Of a stretch of 64,000 bases of DNA, positions 33,314 to 43,761 are shown piece by piece (the stretch's first letter is position 1; each line of letters opens with the position of its first letter). The notes under the pieces were generated by a model. That model was not told where the DNA came from. It searched no databases and was given only the letters and a program-made list of their open reading frames with translations. The stretch lies in contig OZ244905.1 in assembly GCA_965221695.1 (NCBI GenBank), forward strand, positions 2,880,001-2,944,000. The letters are read 5' to 3'. This DNA is from Gammaproteobacteria bacterium. Its GTDB lineage: Bacteria; Pseudomonadota; Gammaproteobacteria; Eutrophobiales; Eutrophobiaceae. The position numbers were made by a program, and so were the translations under genes.

Positions 33314-34294
33314 GGTCAATAGGTCAACCAACGGCACGAAAACATTCGCAAGCAACACCGCAAACGCGACGCTGTCGGGATAAGCCCCCCAGGTGCGCAA
33401 CAGGCAGATTAGCGCGCCGATCAAAAAGCCGTAGATCAGGCGCCCGCGCGTAGTGGTAGACGCAGTCACAGGGTCTGTAGCGATAAAGAATGCGCACAAC
33501 ATTGTTGCGCCGCTGAACAGGTGGAACAGGGGTGAGGCATATACAGTCGGGTCGTAAACATAGAACGGCAGGCTGACGAGAAAAACGCCGGCGAGGACCG
33601 CCACGGGAATCTGCCACTTTATGACGCCGCGCGCCAGCAGGTAAACACCACCCAGCAGGTAAAGCAGGTTGATCCACTCCCAGCCGGCGCCGCCAACAAG
33701 CCCAAAAATCGGGGAGTTGCTGATTTCCGGCACCATCTCCATCAATTCCAGGCGGTTTTTCAGTTCATCCAGCGCGGTGGCGCCGCTGAGCATATCGGGC
33801 GCACCGTCCCCCGCCGGGAAAATACTGTGCAGGTAGCCGCCGATGCCATGGGCTTGCAGCGCCGGCCAGGTATTCATCTGTACCGGGAAGCAGGCCAGCA
33901 CGAACACATATCCCGCCATCGCCGGGTTGAATATATTACAGCCGATACCGCCAAAGGCATGTTTGCAGATTACGATGGCGAATGCGATGCCGCACAGGCA
34001 CACCCACCACGGCGCCAGCGGGGTGATGCTGACCGCGAACAGCAGGGCGGCGACCACTGCGCTGCCGTCCCGCAGGAACAGCGCCGGGTCGAGACCGCGC
34101 AGCCTGAGTAGCGCGAACTCCAGCAACAGCGCAAAACAGACAGCCAGCACGCACTGGATCAAAACGCCGGGGCCGAACAGCCAGGCATAGCAGAGCAGGC
34201 CGGGAACAAGCGCAACGCACACATCAGCCATCACCTTGCCGATTGTCCGGCCATCATGCCAGTGAGGCGAACTGCTTGGCGGGCTAGCCGGCAT
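33287..34294 (-). CDS. rnfD: Rnf/Rsx complex subunit D
   Basis: SSPH, DGSA, KHAFGGIG.NIFNPAM, SGAT, AFFIATDPVT. Confidence 0.93.
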   Translation of the reverse strand: MPASPPSSSPHWHDGRTIGKVMADVCVALVPGLLCYAWLFGPGVLIQCVLAVCFALLLEFALLRLRGLDPALFLRDGSAVVAALLFAVSITPLAPWWVCLCGIAFAIVICKHAFGGIGCNIFNPAMAGYVFVLACFPVQMNTWPALQAHGIGGYLHSIFPAGDGAPDMLSGATALDELKNRLELMEMVPEISNSPIFGLVGGAGWEWINLLYLLGGVYLLARGVIKWQIPVAVLAGVFLVSLPFYVYDPTVYASPLFHLFSGATMLCAFFIATDPVTASTTTRGRLIYGFLIGALICLLRTWGAYPDSVAFAVLLANVFVPLVDLLTRPKAPGER

Positions 34295-35810
34295 CCCCGT
34301 CCTGAACCGGTTGTTGCCGGCGCTTTGCCCGGGTGCGCGCCAGCGCCTTCTGCACGTAGGCTTTCTTCTCCGCCTTGGTATCCTGCTCCGGGTCCGCCGC
34401 ACGCGTTTTATTGCGCTTGGTATCAGCCTCAATCCTCAGGCGATCGGTTTTCCGGTTAAAACGTTGTCGCGCCGCTACGGCGTCACGGTCGCGCGCGTCT
34501 TCTACAACGAGTTGCGCCTTGGCCTGGCGGTAATAGTGCACAAGAGGTATCCGGCTGGGGCAGACATAGGCGCAACAGCCGCATTCTATACAATCGAACA
34601 GGCGATACTCCCGGGACTGCTCGGCATCGCCGGATTTGGCAAACCAGAGCAATTGCTGGGGCAGCAGCAGCTCCGGGCAGACTTCCGCGCAATCGCCGCA
34701 ACGGATACAAGGCATCTCCGGGAGGGGCGGCGCGTTTTCTTCAATGATGATGCAGTTCGTGGTCTTGATAACAGGCATGTTGGGGTTGGTGACTCGCAGA
34801 CCCATCATCGGGCCGCCGATGATCACCTTGTTTTCTTCACTGAAGCGGTAGCCGCAGGTGGTCAGGCAGTCCTTCACCGGTGTGCCGATAAGCACTTGCA
34901 GGTTGACGGGGTTATCCACCTTCCCGGTCACCGTGACATAGCGCGAAACAATGGGTTCCCCGCGCGTGACCGCGCGGTACACCGCAGCGGCCGTGGCCAC
35001 ATTGTGGATGACTATGCCGATGTGGATAGGCAACCCCTCGCTGGGGACGTCCTTGCCGGTCAGGGTCTTGATGAGCTGTTTTTCGCCACCCGCAGGGTAA
35101 CGGGTGGGCACCTTGACCAGTTCCAGGTCGTCATCGACGAGACCGGCCAGCGCGTTGTAGGCCAGTTCCATGTCATCCTCTACCGCGATAACGCAATGCC
35201 TGGCCTGTACCGCATGGCGTATCATGCGCGCCCCGGAGACGACATAAGAGGCTTTCTCCTGGATCAACCGGTCGTCACAGGTGATCTGCGGCTCGCATTC
35301 AACACCATTAATAATTAAGGTATCGACTGCGTTCTCCACACCCTCCATCAATTTGACATGGGCCGGGAAGCCCGCGCCTCCGAGACCCGCAATGCCGCAA
35401 TCCCGGATCAGCTCCTGCAATTTTGCCGGTTCGGCGCGGTCATACTCCTCGGTGGGTTCGATATCGAACCACGCATCATTGCCGTCCGGTTCCAGTACGA
35501 TACAGCGCGCCTTGCTGATTGTCGGGTTGGGCACGGGGTAATCGCCGATATCGGTAATCGTCCCGGATGTGCTGGCATGAACGGGCACGCTGATATAACC
35601 GTCGTGGCGGGCAATGATCTGGCCTTTAAGCACCTTGTCGCCAATGCTGACCGCAGGCACAGCCGGCTGGCCGATATGTTGCTGCAACGGCAGGAACATC
35701 CGCTCCGGCAACGGATGCAGTATGGACATTTTACGGTCAGTAATCTCCTTATGCGGCTCCAGCAACAGTCCGCCCGGAAAATCATGTAATTCACGCTGAA
35801 ATGAGGACAC
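34284..35810 (-). CDS. rnfC: Rnf/Rsx complex subunit C
   Basis: LQQHIG, PVHAS, GIAGLGGAGFP, NGVECEP, YPAGGEKQL, two 4Fe-4S motifs. Confidence 0.94.
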   Translation of the reverse strand: MSSFQRELHDFPGGLLLEPHKEITDRKMSILHPLPERMFLPLQQHIGQPAVPAVSIGDKVLKGQIIARHDGYISVPVHASTSGTITDIGDYPVPNPTISKARCIVLEPDGNDAWFDIEPTEEYDRAEPAKLQELIRDCGIAGLGGAGFPAHVKLMEGVENAVDTLIINGVECEPQITCDDRLIQEKASYVVSGARMIRHAVQARHCVIAVEDDMELAYNALAGLVDDDLELVKVPTRYPAGGEKQLIKTLTGKDVPSEGLPIHIGIVIHNVATAAAVYRAVTRGEPIVSRYVTVTGKVDNPVNLQVLIGTPVKDCLTTCGYRFSEENKVIIGGPMMGLRVTNPNMPVIKTTNCIIIEENAPPLPEMPCIRCGDCAEVCPELLLPQQLLWFAKSGDAEQSREYRLFDCIECGCCAYVCPSRIPLVHYYRQAKAQLVVEDARDRDAVAARQRFNRKTDRLRIEADTKRNKTRAADPEQDTKAEKKAYVQKALARTRAKRRQQPVQDGDAG

Positions 35811-35850
35811 CCATCAATTGTATAGGAGATATGAAATGAGTGGAATGAGA

Positions 35851-35902
35851 GAGTCCGGTTTAATACTGTGTCACCCTGCGGGCGACCCTTTATTTCCTTG
35901 GA
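35851..35902 (-). repeat. Tripartite repeat core, reverse orientation
   Basis: Reverse complement reads TCCAAGGAAATAAAGGGTCGCCCGCAGGGTGACACAGTATTAAACCGGACTC. Confidence 0.8.
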
Positions 35903-35949
35903 CGCCCTGCAATAAGAGAACAGGGAGTGAATTATGCTAAAGTAAAGCA

Positions 35950-37335
35950 ATGCAGCATTTCCCGATTTTCCTCGATCTGAACAAGCGCCGATGCCTGGTG
36001 GTGGGCGCCGGTGAAGTGGCTGCGAGGAAGGCGCTACAACTACTCAAAGCAGACGCTGATGTCCTGGTCGTCGCGCCCCGAGCGGAAGATGTAATCCAAG
36101 ACCTTACAGAGCAAGGCAAGGTGCGCCATGAGGCGCGCAAGTTCGAAAGCAAGGACGTATCCGGCTGCGCACTGGTGATTGCGGCGACAGCCGACCGGCA
36201 GGTGAACAGCCAGGTCGCCACCGCCGCGAAGGCTGAGAACATCCCGGTTAATGTGGTCGACGACCCCGCGCTATGCAGTTTTATCATGCCTTCCGTGGTT
36301 GATCGTGACCCGGTGCAAATCGCGGTATCCACGGGCGGCGCGTCACCGGTGCTTGCCAGGCTGCTCCGGACGAAACTGGAAACCCTGGTGCCGGCGAGTT
36401 ACGGGCGGCTGGCAACGGTTGTGCGGGAGTTCCGCGGGCGGGTCAAACAGCGCTTCCCGGAATTTCGCCAGCGCCGCCGGTTCTGGGAAAACATCCTGCA
36501 AGGACCGGTCGTCGAGCTGCTGTTCGCCGGACGGGAACAAGCCGCAATCCGCACGCTGGAGCGCGAACTCGACAGCGCGACACCCGCAGACCTCAAGACC
36601 GGAGAGGTCTACCTGGTCGGTGGCGGACCCGGCGATCCGGACCTGCTGACCTTCCGCGCCCTGCGCCTGATGCAACAGGCCGATGTGGTGCTCTACGACC
36701 GGCTGGTCTCACCGGCGATAGTGGACCTCGCCAGGAAAGAGGCAGAACGCATCTACGTCGGCAAACAGAGCGACAGCCACACGGTGCCCCAGTCCGAACT
36801 GAACAGCCTAATGGTAAAGCTCGCGCAACAGGGCAAGCGTGTGCTGCGCCTGAAGGGTGGCGACCCGTTCATTTTTGGTCGTGGCGGCGAGGAAATCGAG
36901 GAACTGGCAGGATTCGGCATCCCGTTCCAGGTGGTGCCGGGTATCACCGCCGCCGCCGGTTGCGCTTCCTACGCCGGCATCCCGCTGACCCACCGTGATC
37001 TCGCCCACTCCTGCCTGTTCGTCACCGGCCACCTGAAGGACGGCAAGCTGAACTTCAACTGGCCGGCCCTGTTGCAACCGAAACAGACGGTAGCCATCTA
37101 CATGGGAGTGAAGGGGGCGGATGTACTGCAGAAAAACCTGCTCGAACAGGGAATGCGGCCCGACATGCCCGCCGCCATCGTCCAGCAGGGCACCACACCG
37201 GACCAGCAGGTGTACACCGGCTCAGTCTCCACCCTCACAAGCCTGGTCGCGGACAATGAGATCAAACCACCGTCGATGATCATCATCGGCGAGGTAATTC
37301 GACTGCACGAAAAGCTGTCCTGGTTCCACGGGTGA
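35950..37335 (+). CDS. cysG: Siroheme synthase
   Basis: FPIF...[45 protein letters not shown]. Confidence 0.97.
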   Translation: MQHFPIFLDLNKRRCLVVGAGEVAARKALQLLKADADVLVVAPRAEDVIQDLTEQGKVRHEARKFESKDVSGCALVIAATADRQVNSQVATAAKAENIPVNVVDDPALCSFIMPSVVDRDPVQIAVSTGGASPVLARLLRTKLETLVPASYGRLATVVREFRGRVKQRFPEFRQRRRFWENILQGPVVELLFAGREQAAIRTLERELDSATPADLKTGEVYLVGGGPGDPDLLTFRALRLMQQADVVLYDRLVSPAIVDLARKEAERIYVGKQSDSHTVPQSELNSLMVKLAQQGKRVLRLKGGDPFIFGRGGEEIEELAGFGIPFQVVPGITAAAGCASYAGIPLTHRDLAHSCLFVTGHLKDGKLNFNWPALLQPKQTVAIYMGVKGADVLQKNLLEQGMRPDMPAAIVQQGTTPDQQVYTGSVSTLTSLVADNEIKPPSMIIIGEVIRLHEKLSWFHG

Positions 37336-37351
37336 ATGCAGCATGAATACA

Positions 37352-37484
37352 GGTCGCCCAATTTGACTGGACTTCCTGTTTCGAGAGAGTGGTTCGGTCG
37401 CGTCGCTCACAGGAGCGCTCCCCATCCCATTCCCGCGCAAGCGGGAATCCAGTGAGACAACGGTCGCCCGAAGGGCGACACAGT
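37352..37484 (+). repeat. Tripartite repeat (degenerate C, intact A and B)
   Basis: CCATTCCCGC-GCAA-GCGGGAATCCAGT, GTCGCCC-GAA-GGGCGAC. Confidence 0.88.
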
Positions 37485-37509
37485 TGCAATTTGAATCGCT
37501 GTCCCGTAA

Positions 37510-37917
37510 TTATTGTTCTTTTTCCAGGTGCAGCGCAACGGAGTTGATGCAGTACCGCAATCCGGTGGGCGCCGGGCCGTCCGGAAACACGTGGCCGAGG
37601 TGGGCGCCGCAAGCGCTGCACAGTACTTCAGTGCGCGGCCGGCCGAACAGGCTGGAGTCAAGCTCAGTCGTTACCGCAGCAGCGTCTTCCGGCTCAAAAA
37701 AACTGGGCCAGCCGGTACCCGAATCAAACTTGGCATCGGAACTGAACAGGGCCTGACCGCAACAGGCGCACCGGTATGTGCCGCTATCCTTGCAGTCGTT
37801 ATACCTGCCACTGAAAGGACGCTCCGTTCCCTTGCGACGGCACACCTCGTATTGTTCCGGCGTCAGTTCCCGCTGCCATTCCTGCTCAGTTTTCACGACT
37901 TTTTTGATTTCTGTCAT
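37510..37917 (-). CDS. msrB: Peptide-methionine (R)-sulfoxide reductase
   Basis: [32 protein letters not shown]. Confidence 0.97.
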   Translation of the reverse strand: MTEIKKVVKTEQEWQRELTPEQYEVCRRKGTERPFSGRYNDCKDSGTYRCACCGQALFSSDAKFDSGTGWPSFFEPEDAAAVTTELDSSLFGRPRTEVLCSACGAHLGHVFPDGPAPTGLRYCINSVALHLEKEQ

Positions 37918-37939
37918 CTCAACACTCCGCTGATTGAAC

Positions 37940-37962
37940 CTGTGTCGCCCTTCGGGCGACCC
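37940..37962 (-). repeat. Solitary B hairpin
   Basis: CTGTGTCGCCC-TTC-GGGCGACCC. Confidence 0.75.
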
Positions 37963-37967
37963 ATTAA

Positions 37968-39389
37968 CTACAATGCCCGCGAAGAAATAATCTCCTGCTC
38001 CGACACTGGCGGAGACGGCTCCGGCAGCGATTCCGCGTAGGTCAGATGCATCAGCATCGCGTGGTACTTGCGGATATTCTCCACGAAGGTAACAGGCTCA
38101 CTCCCCCTTGCTTGGCCGTGTTTTGTCTTTGAGTACCAGGCGGGCTGGCTTAACAGCGGCAGCGTCTGCTTCACATCAGCCCAGGAGTCGGGGTTGCCGC
38201 CGTTATGCTCAGTGAGTATCCTGGCATCCTCCAGGTGACCGAAGCCGACATTATAGGAAGCCAGCGCAAACCAGGTACGGTGCGGCTCAGGAATGCGTTC
38301 CGGTATTTTATCCACCAGGGTGGTCAGGTACCTGGCGCCGCCGTGGATACTCAGTACCGGGTCGAGCCGGTCGGTAATCCCGACCTGTTTTGCCGTTTGC
38401 AATGTCAGCATCATCAGCCCGCGCACGCCGGTGGGAGAGCGCGCCGACTTTTTCCAATGGGACTCCTGGTAGCTGACCGCGGCCAGCAGGCGCCAGTCAA
38501 AGCCGAATTCGTCGCCGGCGCTCTCGAAATAAGGTTTAAACTCCGGCAGCACATCGTTATACCGGTCGATAAACCTGCGCGCTTCCACATAATCGAATGC
38601 GTCGGCGAATGCGTATGCCTGCTCCAGCAGGTCGGCCAGTTTATCCTCGTTCCTGATATGGTTATGGAACTGCGTTATTGCTTTGATCAAGGAGTCATCA
38701 TCCGGCGACCGCTTAACGGCCCAGCCCAAGGGTTCCGGGCGGGTCAGGTCGAAGGCTGCCCGAAGTTCCGGCAACGCGATGCGCGCATAGGTCACCTCAT
38801 TGGACCTGGCCACGCCGTAAAGAATTTTGCCGTACTCAACCATCTCCAGCAGGTCAAAGCTGTTCTTGTCATCGTGCACGACCAGTTCCAGGTCCGGATA
38901 AGAAATCCGCAGTCGCTCGATCTGTTCCCGGGGCAAGGCCTGATGGGCGATATGCAGTTTGTGTGGAGAAATATCAGCCACGGAAGATGGACGGATATAG
39001 CCATAACGGTACACCACTTGCCGGGTCACCCACTCAAAACCCGGACCGTAGGCCAGGGGGTCGCCCGGTTTGAACGTCCGGGTCAGCCCCGCAGCGGCGA
39101 GGTCCGCCTGCCCGGCGCCCAGCAGGTCAGCAATCTCTTCCCTGCTGTCAGCCAGGACCAGGTTGAAATCGACTCCCAGCCAGTCGGCGAACAACCCGAC
39201 TAACTCGTATTCCAGGCCACGCTCAACGCCCGCATCATTACGCTGGTAGGTCATCGGCCCTGTCCGGGTCACAACCTTGATCACGCCGCGCTCGCGGATC
39301 AGTTCCAGGTGAGATTTGTTTTCAGCGCAACCCGGCAATACCAGACAAGCAGACAGCGCGGCAACAAGCAAACCCGGAAGATATTTCAC
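37968..39389 (-). CDS. mltF: Membrane-bound lytic murein transglycosylase F
   Basis: Lipoprotein-like signal, SBP-type N-terminal domain, [33 protein letters not shown]. Confidence 0.93.
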   Translation of the reverse strand: MKYLPGLLVAALSACLVLPGCAENKSHLELIRERGVIKVVTRTGPMTYQRNDAGVERGLEYELVGLFADWLGVDFNLVLADSREEIADLLGAGQADLAAAGLTRTFKPGDPLAYGPGFEWVTRQVVYRYGYIRPSSVADISPHKLHIAHQALPREQIERLRISYPDLELVVHDDKNSFDLLEMVEYGKILYGVARSNEVTYARIALPELRAAFDLTRPEPLGWAVKRSPDDDSLIKAITQFHNHIRNEDKLADLLEQAYAFADAFDYVEARRFIDRYNDVLPEFKPYFESAGDEFGFDWRLLAAVSYQESHWKKSARSPTGVRGLMMLTLQTAKQVGITDRLDPVLSIHGGARYLTTLVDKIPERIPEPHRTWFALASYNVGFGHLEDARILTEHNGGNPDSWADVKQTLPLLSQPAWYSKTKHGQARGSEPVTFVENIRKYHAMLMHLTYAESLPEPSPPVSEQEIISSRAL

Positions 39390-39395
39390 ATTACT

Positions 39396-39786
39396 AACCC
39401 GAAAATCTCACCAATTGATGCGATGATCGCTGAGGATTTTTTGATGCGCCCCATCCGTGGGGCGCCCCCTTCGGGCATCCTTCGGATGTCCAAATCCGCT
39501 CCAGGCGGATTTGTGCGTCAGTACGCGGGTGCTCGTGACCGAAAGCATAGTGGTACTTCTGGTTGAGGGACAAATCGGCAGGACAGCCGATTTGCACGGC
39601 GAAGGCCGCCCGCAGGGTTGCGCACAGGGATGTGTGCAATGAGCATGTGCCCGCTAACGCAAAAAAGACCAGCGAGGGCGCATCAAGCGCAGTGTGTAAT
39701 GGCAACATACTCGACAGATTACCATAACTCATTGACAGCAAACATCTATCCGATGCTGACAAGCGAATTGGTGAGATTTTCGGGTT
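39396..39786. mobile_element. ERIC-like non-autonomous element with 21-bp terminal inverted repeats and nested inserts
   Basis: AACCCGAAAATCTCACCAATT (39396-39416) and its exact reverse complement (39766-39786); internal long-range pairing; two opposed ~70-bp multi-hairpin inserts. Confidence 0.75.
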
Positions 39787-40789
39787 GACTCCTTTGCGCC
39801 AGGACAAGAGAAAAATAGTCATTATCCGATTCATAGTGGCGGATGACCTTCAATTCAGATTGTTCCAGCAAAGCTTCCAACTCATCGAAGTAGAACTTAT
39901 GACTCAATTCGGTCAGTATCCTCTCCCCGCATTCCAGGGTGAAACCGATGCCCAGGTTACCCAGGGTGATCTGCTGGCTCAGCCGGGACAGGAGATACAT
40001 TTCAATTCTGTTCGACTCATTATTATATATGGCCTGATGAATAAAATGATCCGTGCGGAAGTTCGCGGCCAATTCCCGGTTCAGTACCCGCAACAGATTC
40101 AGGTTGAACAAGGCGGTGATTCCTTGCGCATCATTATATGCCGCGTTTAGCGTCGCGGGGTCTTTAACCCTGTCTGCGCCCAGTAACAGGAAGTCGCCCG
40201 GTTTCATCTGTTGCCGGATGTGGCAGATGAATGCGCGCGCCTCGCCAGGCGTGAAGTTGCCGATTGTGCTGCCGAGGAACAGAAACAATGTGACGCCGGC
40301 ACTGTCCGGCAGGTGATCCAGACCGGCATGATAGTCCCCCAGCAACGGCCTGACAGCCAACCACTCATAATCATTCCGAAGTTTGCGAGCTGCTTCCACC
40401 AGCGCCGGCTCACAGATGTCGAACGGCAAATAGATACAGGTGTGTCCCTGCTTTTCACAGGCATCAAACAGACTGGTTGTTTTGCCGGAGTTGCCGCTGC
40501 CCAGTTCAATCAGAAAATCAGGAAGGGTCAACGCAATGATATCAGCGCCGTATTGCCGAAGTAACCTATGCTCGGAGCGAGTCAGATAGTACTCCGGCGT
40601 TTCACAAATACGGTTGAACAACTCCGTGCCGCGCTTGTCATAAAAATACTTTGGAGGCAACGCGCGCGGCCGCTCAACCAGGCCCTTGCGGGCATCTTCC
40701 GCCAGGTCCGGAACCTGCCAGGCAGGCGCAATGGAAATACACTGAACGCCATCTCGCTGCCGGGATGAACTGATGACTGTATCCACCAT
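39746..40789 (-). CDS. egtD: L-histidine N-alpha-methyltransferase, EgtD family
   Basis: LPPKYFYD.RG..LF..IC..PEYYLTR.E, ELGSG, FLGSTIGNF, AYNDAQGITA.FNLN, TE.SHKF. Confidence 0.88.
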   Translation of the reverse strand: MVDTVISSSRQRDGVQCISIAPAWQVPDLAEDARKGLVERPRALPPKYFYDKRGTELFNRICETPEYYLTRSEHRLLRQYGADIIALTLPDFLIELGSGNSGKTTSLFDACEKQGHTCIYLPFDICEPALVEAARKLRNDYEWLAVRPLLGDYHAGLDHLPDSAGVTLFLFLGSTIGNFTPGEARAFICHIRQQMKPGDFLLLGADRVKDPATLNAAYNDAQGITALFNLNLLRVLNRELAANFRTDHFIHQAIYNNESNRIEMYLLSRLSQQITLGNLGIGFTLECGERILTELSHKFYFDELEALLEQSELKVIRHYESDNDYFSLVLAQRSQPENLTNSLVSIG

Positions 40790-40856
40790 CCAAAGGGTAA
40801 CACAGTTTCAGAAATACAGTGTCGCCCTGTACTACGCGATGCGATAAACTTTAATT

Positions 40857-42101
40857 ATGACTATCCCGGCAAGATACCTGTTACTGCTCCTGCCCGGCAT
40901 ATACTTGCCCGGGTCAGCGGCCGAGGAACAGGTTGACTCCACGCGCCAACAGTCCATCATCCGCTACGAGGCACGCGCCGCCGACCTCGAAGCGACCGAA
41001 GGGCCACATGCTGAAGAACTCATCGAAGTCCGCTTAAGCCTGGGGCTGTTACACCAACAGGCCGGCGACCATGGGCGGGCGCTGGAGGCATTGCAGGCAG
41101 CGCTGCAATCCGTGCGTATCAACGAGGGACTGTACAGCATGAGCCAGGCGCCCGTGCTGGAAGCTATCATCGACAGCCATGTCGCCCTCGGCGCCAGGGA
41201 CGAACTACGCCGCGACTACGAGCGCCTGTTCTGGCTGTACCAGCGCAACTACGGCGAACGCAACGTCGGCCTCGTGCCGGTAATAAAGCGCATCGGCCAG
41301 TGGTACTTCGACCTCTACAACTTCAGCCCACCCAACACCACGGTGGAACCGTTGATTGCAGCAGACGACCTGTACGCGAAAGCGCTTGACATCCTCCCGG
41401 AAGACACCCTGTCTCCGGACCGGGCACACATATTATATAAGGTAGCCGTGATCAATCATCATGTCGCTGAAGACATGCAAGACCCGATGCTGTCCCACCG
41501 GGAAATCCGCGCCGCCATGATCCCTCACGGTCGACCATCCCCCTATCTGAACGAAACAGCAGTGCGCCAGTACTATGCAGACCAGAGTTTCTTCAAGGGC
41601 AAGCGTTCACTGAAACAGGTTGTGACGGCATACGAGCAAAACCTCCCCGATACCATCATGGAGTATGCCCGCGCGCTGGTATTCATGGGCGACTGGCTGA
41701 CCGTGCAACGCCGTGTGCTGGAGGGATCCCGGATGTACAAAAAGGCCTGGGCTGCGCTGGCAGAGCACAACGCGGCGCCGGCACAAGTGGACGAACTGTT
41801 CGGCGAACCACAACCCATTGAGCAACTGCCCATCCCGGGTGAGCAAGAGCCGAAACTTAATGAGGACAGCTACTACGTGGACGCGTTACTCGATGTGCCC
41901 GAGTCAGGCTGGCCCCGCAACATCAGGATACAAGCAATCCACCCCCCCGAAGAAACCGCGTTGCACAAACGCGCCGAACGCGGCATTGCCGCCACCCGCT
42001 ACCGCCCCCGCTATCGCAACGGCCAACCGGTCGCCACGAGCGATGTCCCCCTGCGCTTCATTTTCAAACACAAAGACCAACCGGGCTGGTTCCACTTTTG
42101 A
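40857..42101 (+). CDS. Exported TPR-like protein with TonB C-terminal-like domain
   Basis: Signal peptide, helical repeats (RINEGLYS..Q), C-terminal RYRPR..NGQPV. Confidence 0.6.
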   Translation: MTIPARYLLLLLPGIYLPGSAAEEQVDSTRQQSIIRYEARAADLEATEGPHAEELIEVRLSLGLLHQQAGDHGRALEALQAALQSVRINEGLYSMSQAPVLEAIIDSHVALGARDELRRDYERLFWLYQRNYGERNVGLVPVIKRIGQWYFDLYNFSPPNTTVEPLIAADDLYAKALDILPEDTLSPDRAHILYKVAVINHHVAEDMQDPMLSHREIRAAMIPHGRPSPYLNETAVRQYYADQSFFKGKRSLKQVVTAYEQNLPDTIMEYARALVFMGDWLTVQRRVLEGSRMYKKAWAALAEHNAAPAQVDELFGEPQPIEQLPIPGEQEPKLNEDSYYVDALLDVPESGWPRNIRIQAIHPPEETALHKRAERGIAATRYRPRYRNGQPVATSDVPLRFIFKHKDQPGWFHF

Positions 42102-42232
42102 ACCACCGGTTTAGATCGAGAGCGCCTGGCGAGGTTTGCGTGAGCAACAAGTCGGACTGGAACGGAATAGGGTCTCCATTGAAAATACTGATGTTTTGGC
42201 GTGTTATCTTTGTATGCTATGATGTTCACAAG

Positions 42233-42502
42233 ATGAGAACCACCTTGACAATCGATGATAAAACCGCACGAGCGCTGAAAGATATTGCCCATCGCAGCGG
42301 CAAAACCTACAAGCAGGTTGTTAACGAGACTTTGCAGACCGGTTTGTCTGCAAACAATATCAGGGATATGGCAAAGCCCTATCGGCTCAAACCTGTTTCC
42401 ATGGGAGAAGTGACTGGCAGCTATAATTTGACCAAAGCCCTGGCCCTTGCCGATTACCTTGAAGAGGAAGAGATAGCCAGGAAACTGGAACTGAAAAAAT
42501 GA
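42233..42502 (+). CDS. VapB-type ribbon-helix-helix antitoxin
   Basis: MRTTLTIDD N-terminus; ATGA overlap with a PIN-domain gene. Confidence 0.85.
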   Translation: MRTTLTIDDKTARALKDIAHRSGKTYKQVVNETLQTGLSANNIRDMAKPYRLKPVSMGEVTGSYNLTKALALADYLEEEEIARKLELKK

Positions 42503-42930
42503 TCCTGATCGATGCCAATCTTTTGATTTATGCCATCAACCGCGATGCTGACCAGCATCAGCGGGCGCGCAAGTGGTTGGAGCAGACTTTGTCGGGAGCG
42601 ACTGAGGTTGGTCTGGCTTGGATCGTGGTTTTGGCGTTTATTCGCATAACAACCCGCGCCGGAATTTTGGCTAAACCATTACATTATACTCAGGCGCTTG
42701 CTTATGTAGACGGCTGGCTCAGTCAACCACATGTGGATGTGCTGTCTCCGGGAGTACATCACTGGTCGATTTTCAGAAACCTGCTGAGCAACACCGGTAG
42801 TGCCGGCAACCTGACAACAGATGCTCATCTTGCCGCATTAGCCATTGAAATCGGGGCAGAAATCTATTCTGCGGATTATGATTTTCGCCGCTTTCCCGGG
42901 ATTACCCATATCAATCCTTTACAAGACTGA
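42499..42930 (+). CDS. vapC: VapC PIN-domain toxin
   Basis: MILIDANLLIYA, GNL.TDAHLAALAIE, S.D.DF.RFPG. Confidence 0.92.
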   Translation: MILIDANLLIYAINRDADQHQRARKWLEQTLSGATEVGLAWIVVLAFIRITTRAGILAKPLHYTQALAYVDGWLSQPHVDVLSPGVHHWSIFRNLLSNTGSAGNLTTDAHLAALAIEIGAEIYSADYDFRRFPGITHINPLQD

Positions 42931-42970
42931 AACTGTCAGGTAGACCTCTTACTTATCTGAAATACCGCCA

Positions 42971-43216
42971 ATGACAAATTCACAATATGTAATTTGTATT
43001 GACAATTCCGGTTATGAGGCATCTCTGGAACGGAGTAAAATATATCAACTCATTCCGGATGAACAGGCAGCCAGACATCGCCAACTGCGGGTCACGGATG
43101 AGTCAGGAGAAGACTACCTGTTTCCTGAGGCCTGTTTTATGACGGCAGCTTTGCCTGGAACAAAACGGCCCGCGACCCGACAGCGCCCACAGAAACACAA
43201 CCAAAGAAAAACTTGA
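42971..43216 (+). CDS. Small hypothetical protein of a type seen in TA-like gene pairs
   Basis: VICIDNSGYEASLE..KIY...D...LRV.DESGEDYLFP motif; C-terminal tail looks atypical. Confidence 0.65.
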   Translation: MTNSQYVICIDNSGYEASLERSKIYQLIPDEQAARHRQLRVTDESGEDYLFPEACFMTAALPGTKRPATRQRPQKHNQRKT

Positions 43217-43238
43217 CGCCGGTACGCAAAAACCAACA

Positions 43239-43694
43239 ATGACTGACCAGGCCGACAGATATCATTACACCGAATCCGGATTGCCCAATGTATGGATTGA
43301 GGGTTTGGCATTGCAGGATGATAACGAGGACGACACGGTTGTTATCCCATACATCCGTGAACTGCATAAACTGATTGCGTGCGAAACTGTGCAGTCAGAC
43401 GGCGCTTTGACCGGCGCGGAGTTAAGATATCTGCGCACTGAAATGGGAATGACCCAGGCACAACTCGGACAACTGGTTCACCGTGAGCGTTTGACTGTGT
43501 CGCGTTGGGAGCATGGTGAGAGCGAAATGGATGGCGCGGCCGAAGCGCTGGTACGCATCTTCGCAATCAGAAAGTTGGAACTGGATGAAGCCGACCTGGC
43601 TGAAATCAGCGCCAAGTGCCAATCTGTCACAACGCGCAAACTGCCTATTCGAATAGACGCATCCAACCCCGCAAACTACAGACTTGCGGCGTGA
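43239..43694 (+). CDS. XRE/MqsA-like HTH regulator or antitoxin
   Basis: YHYTESGL.NVWI N-terminus; LTGAELRYLR...MTQAQLG.LV....TVSRWE HTH. Confidence 0.8.
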   Translation: MTDQADRYHYTESGLPNVWIEGLALQDDNEDDTVVIPYIRELHKLIACETVQSDGALTGAELRYLRTEMGMTQAQLGQLVHRERLTVSRWEHGESEMDGAAEALVRIFAIRKLELDEADLAEISAKCQSVTTRKLPIRIDASNPANYRLAA

Positions 43695-43761
43695 TACAAG
43701 ATTTGACAATATCTGAAATGCCGCAAATGACAAATTCACAGAAACACAGCCAAAGAAAAAC

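Noticed and set aside
39394-39834. 146-aa minus-strand ORF
   Set aside because: Lies almost wholly within the nested inverted-repeat element and overlaps egtD in another frame.
39746-40789. Complete ergothioneine cluster
   Set aside because: Only an EgtD-like gene is present; no egtB or egtC is adjacent, so the pathway cannot be claimed from this window.
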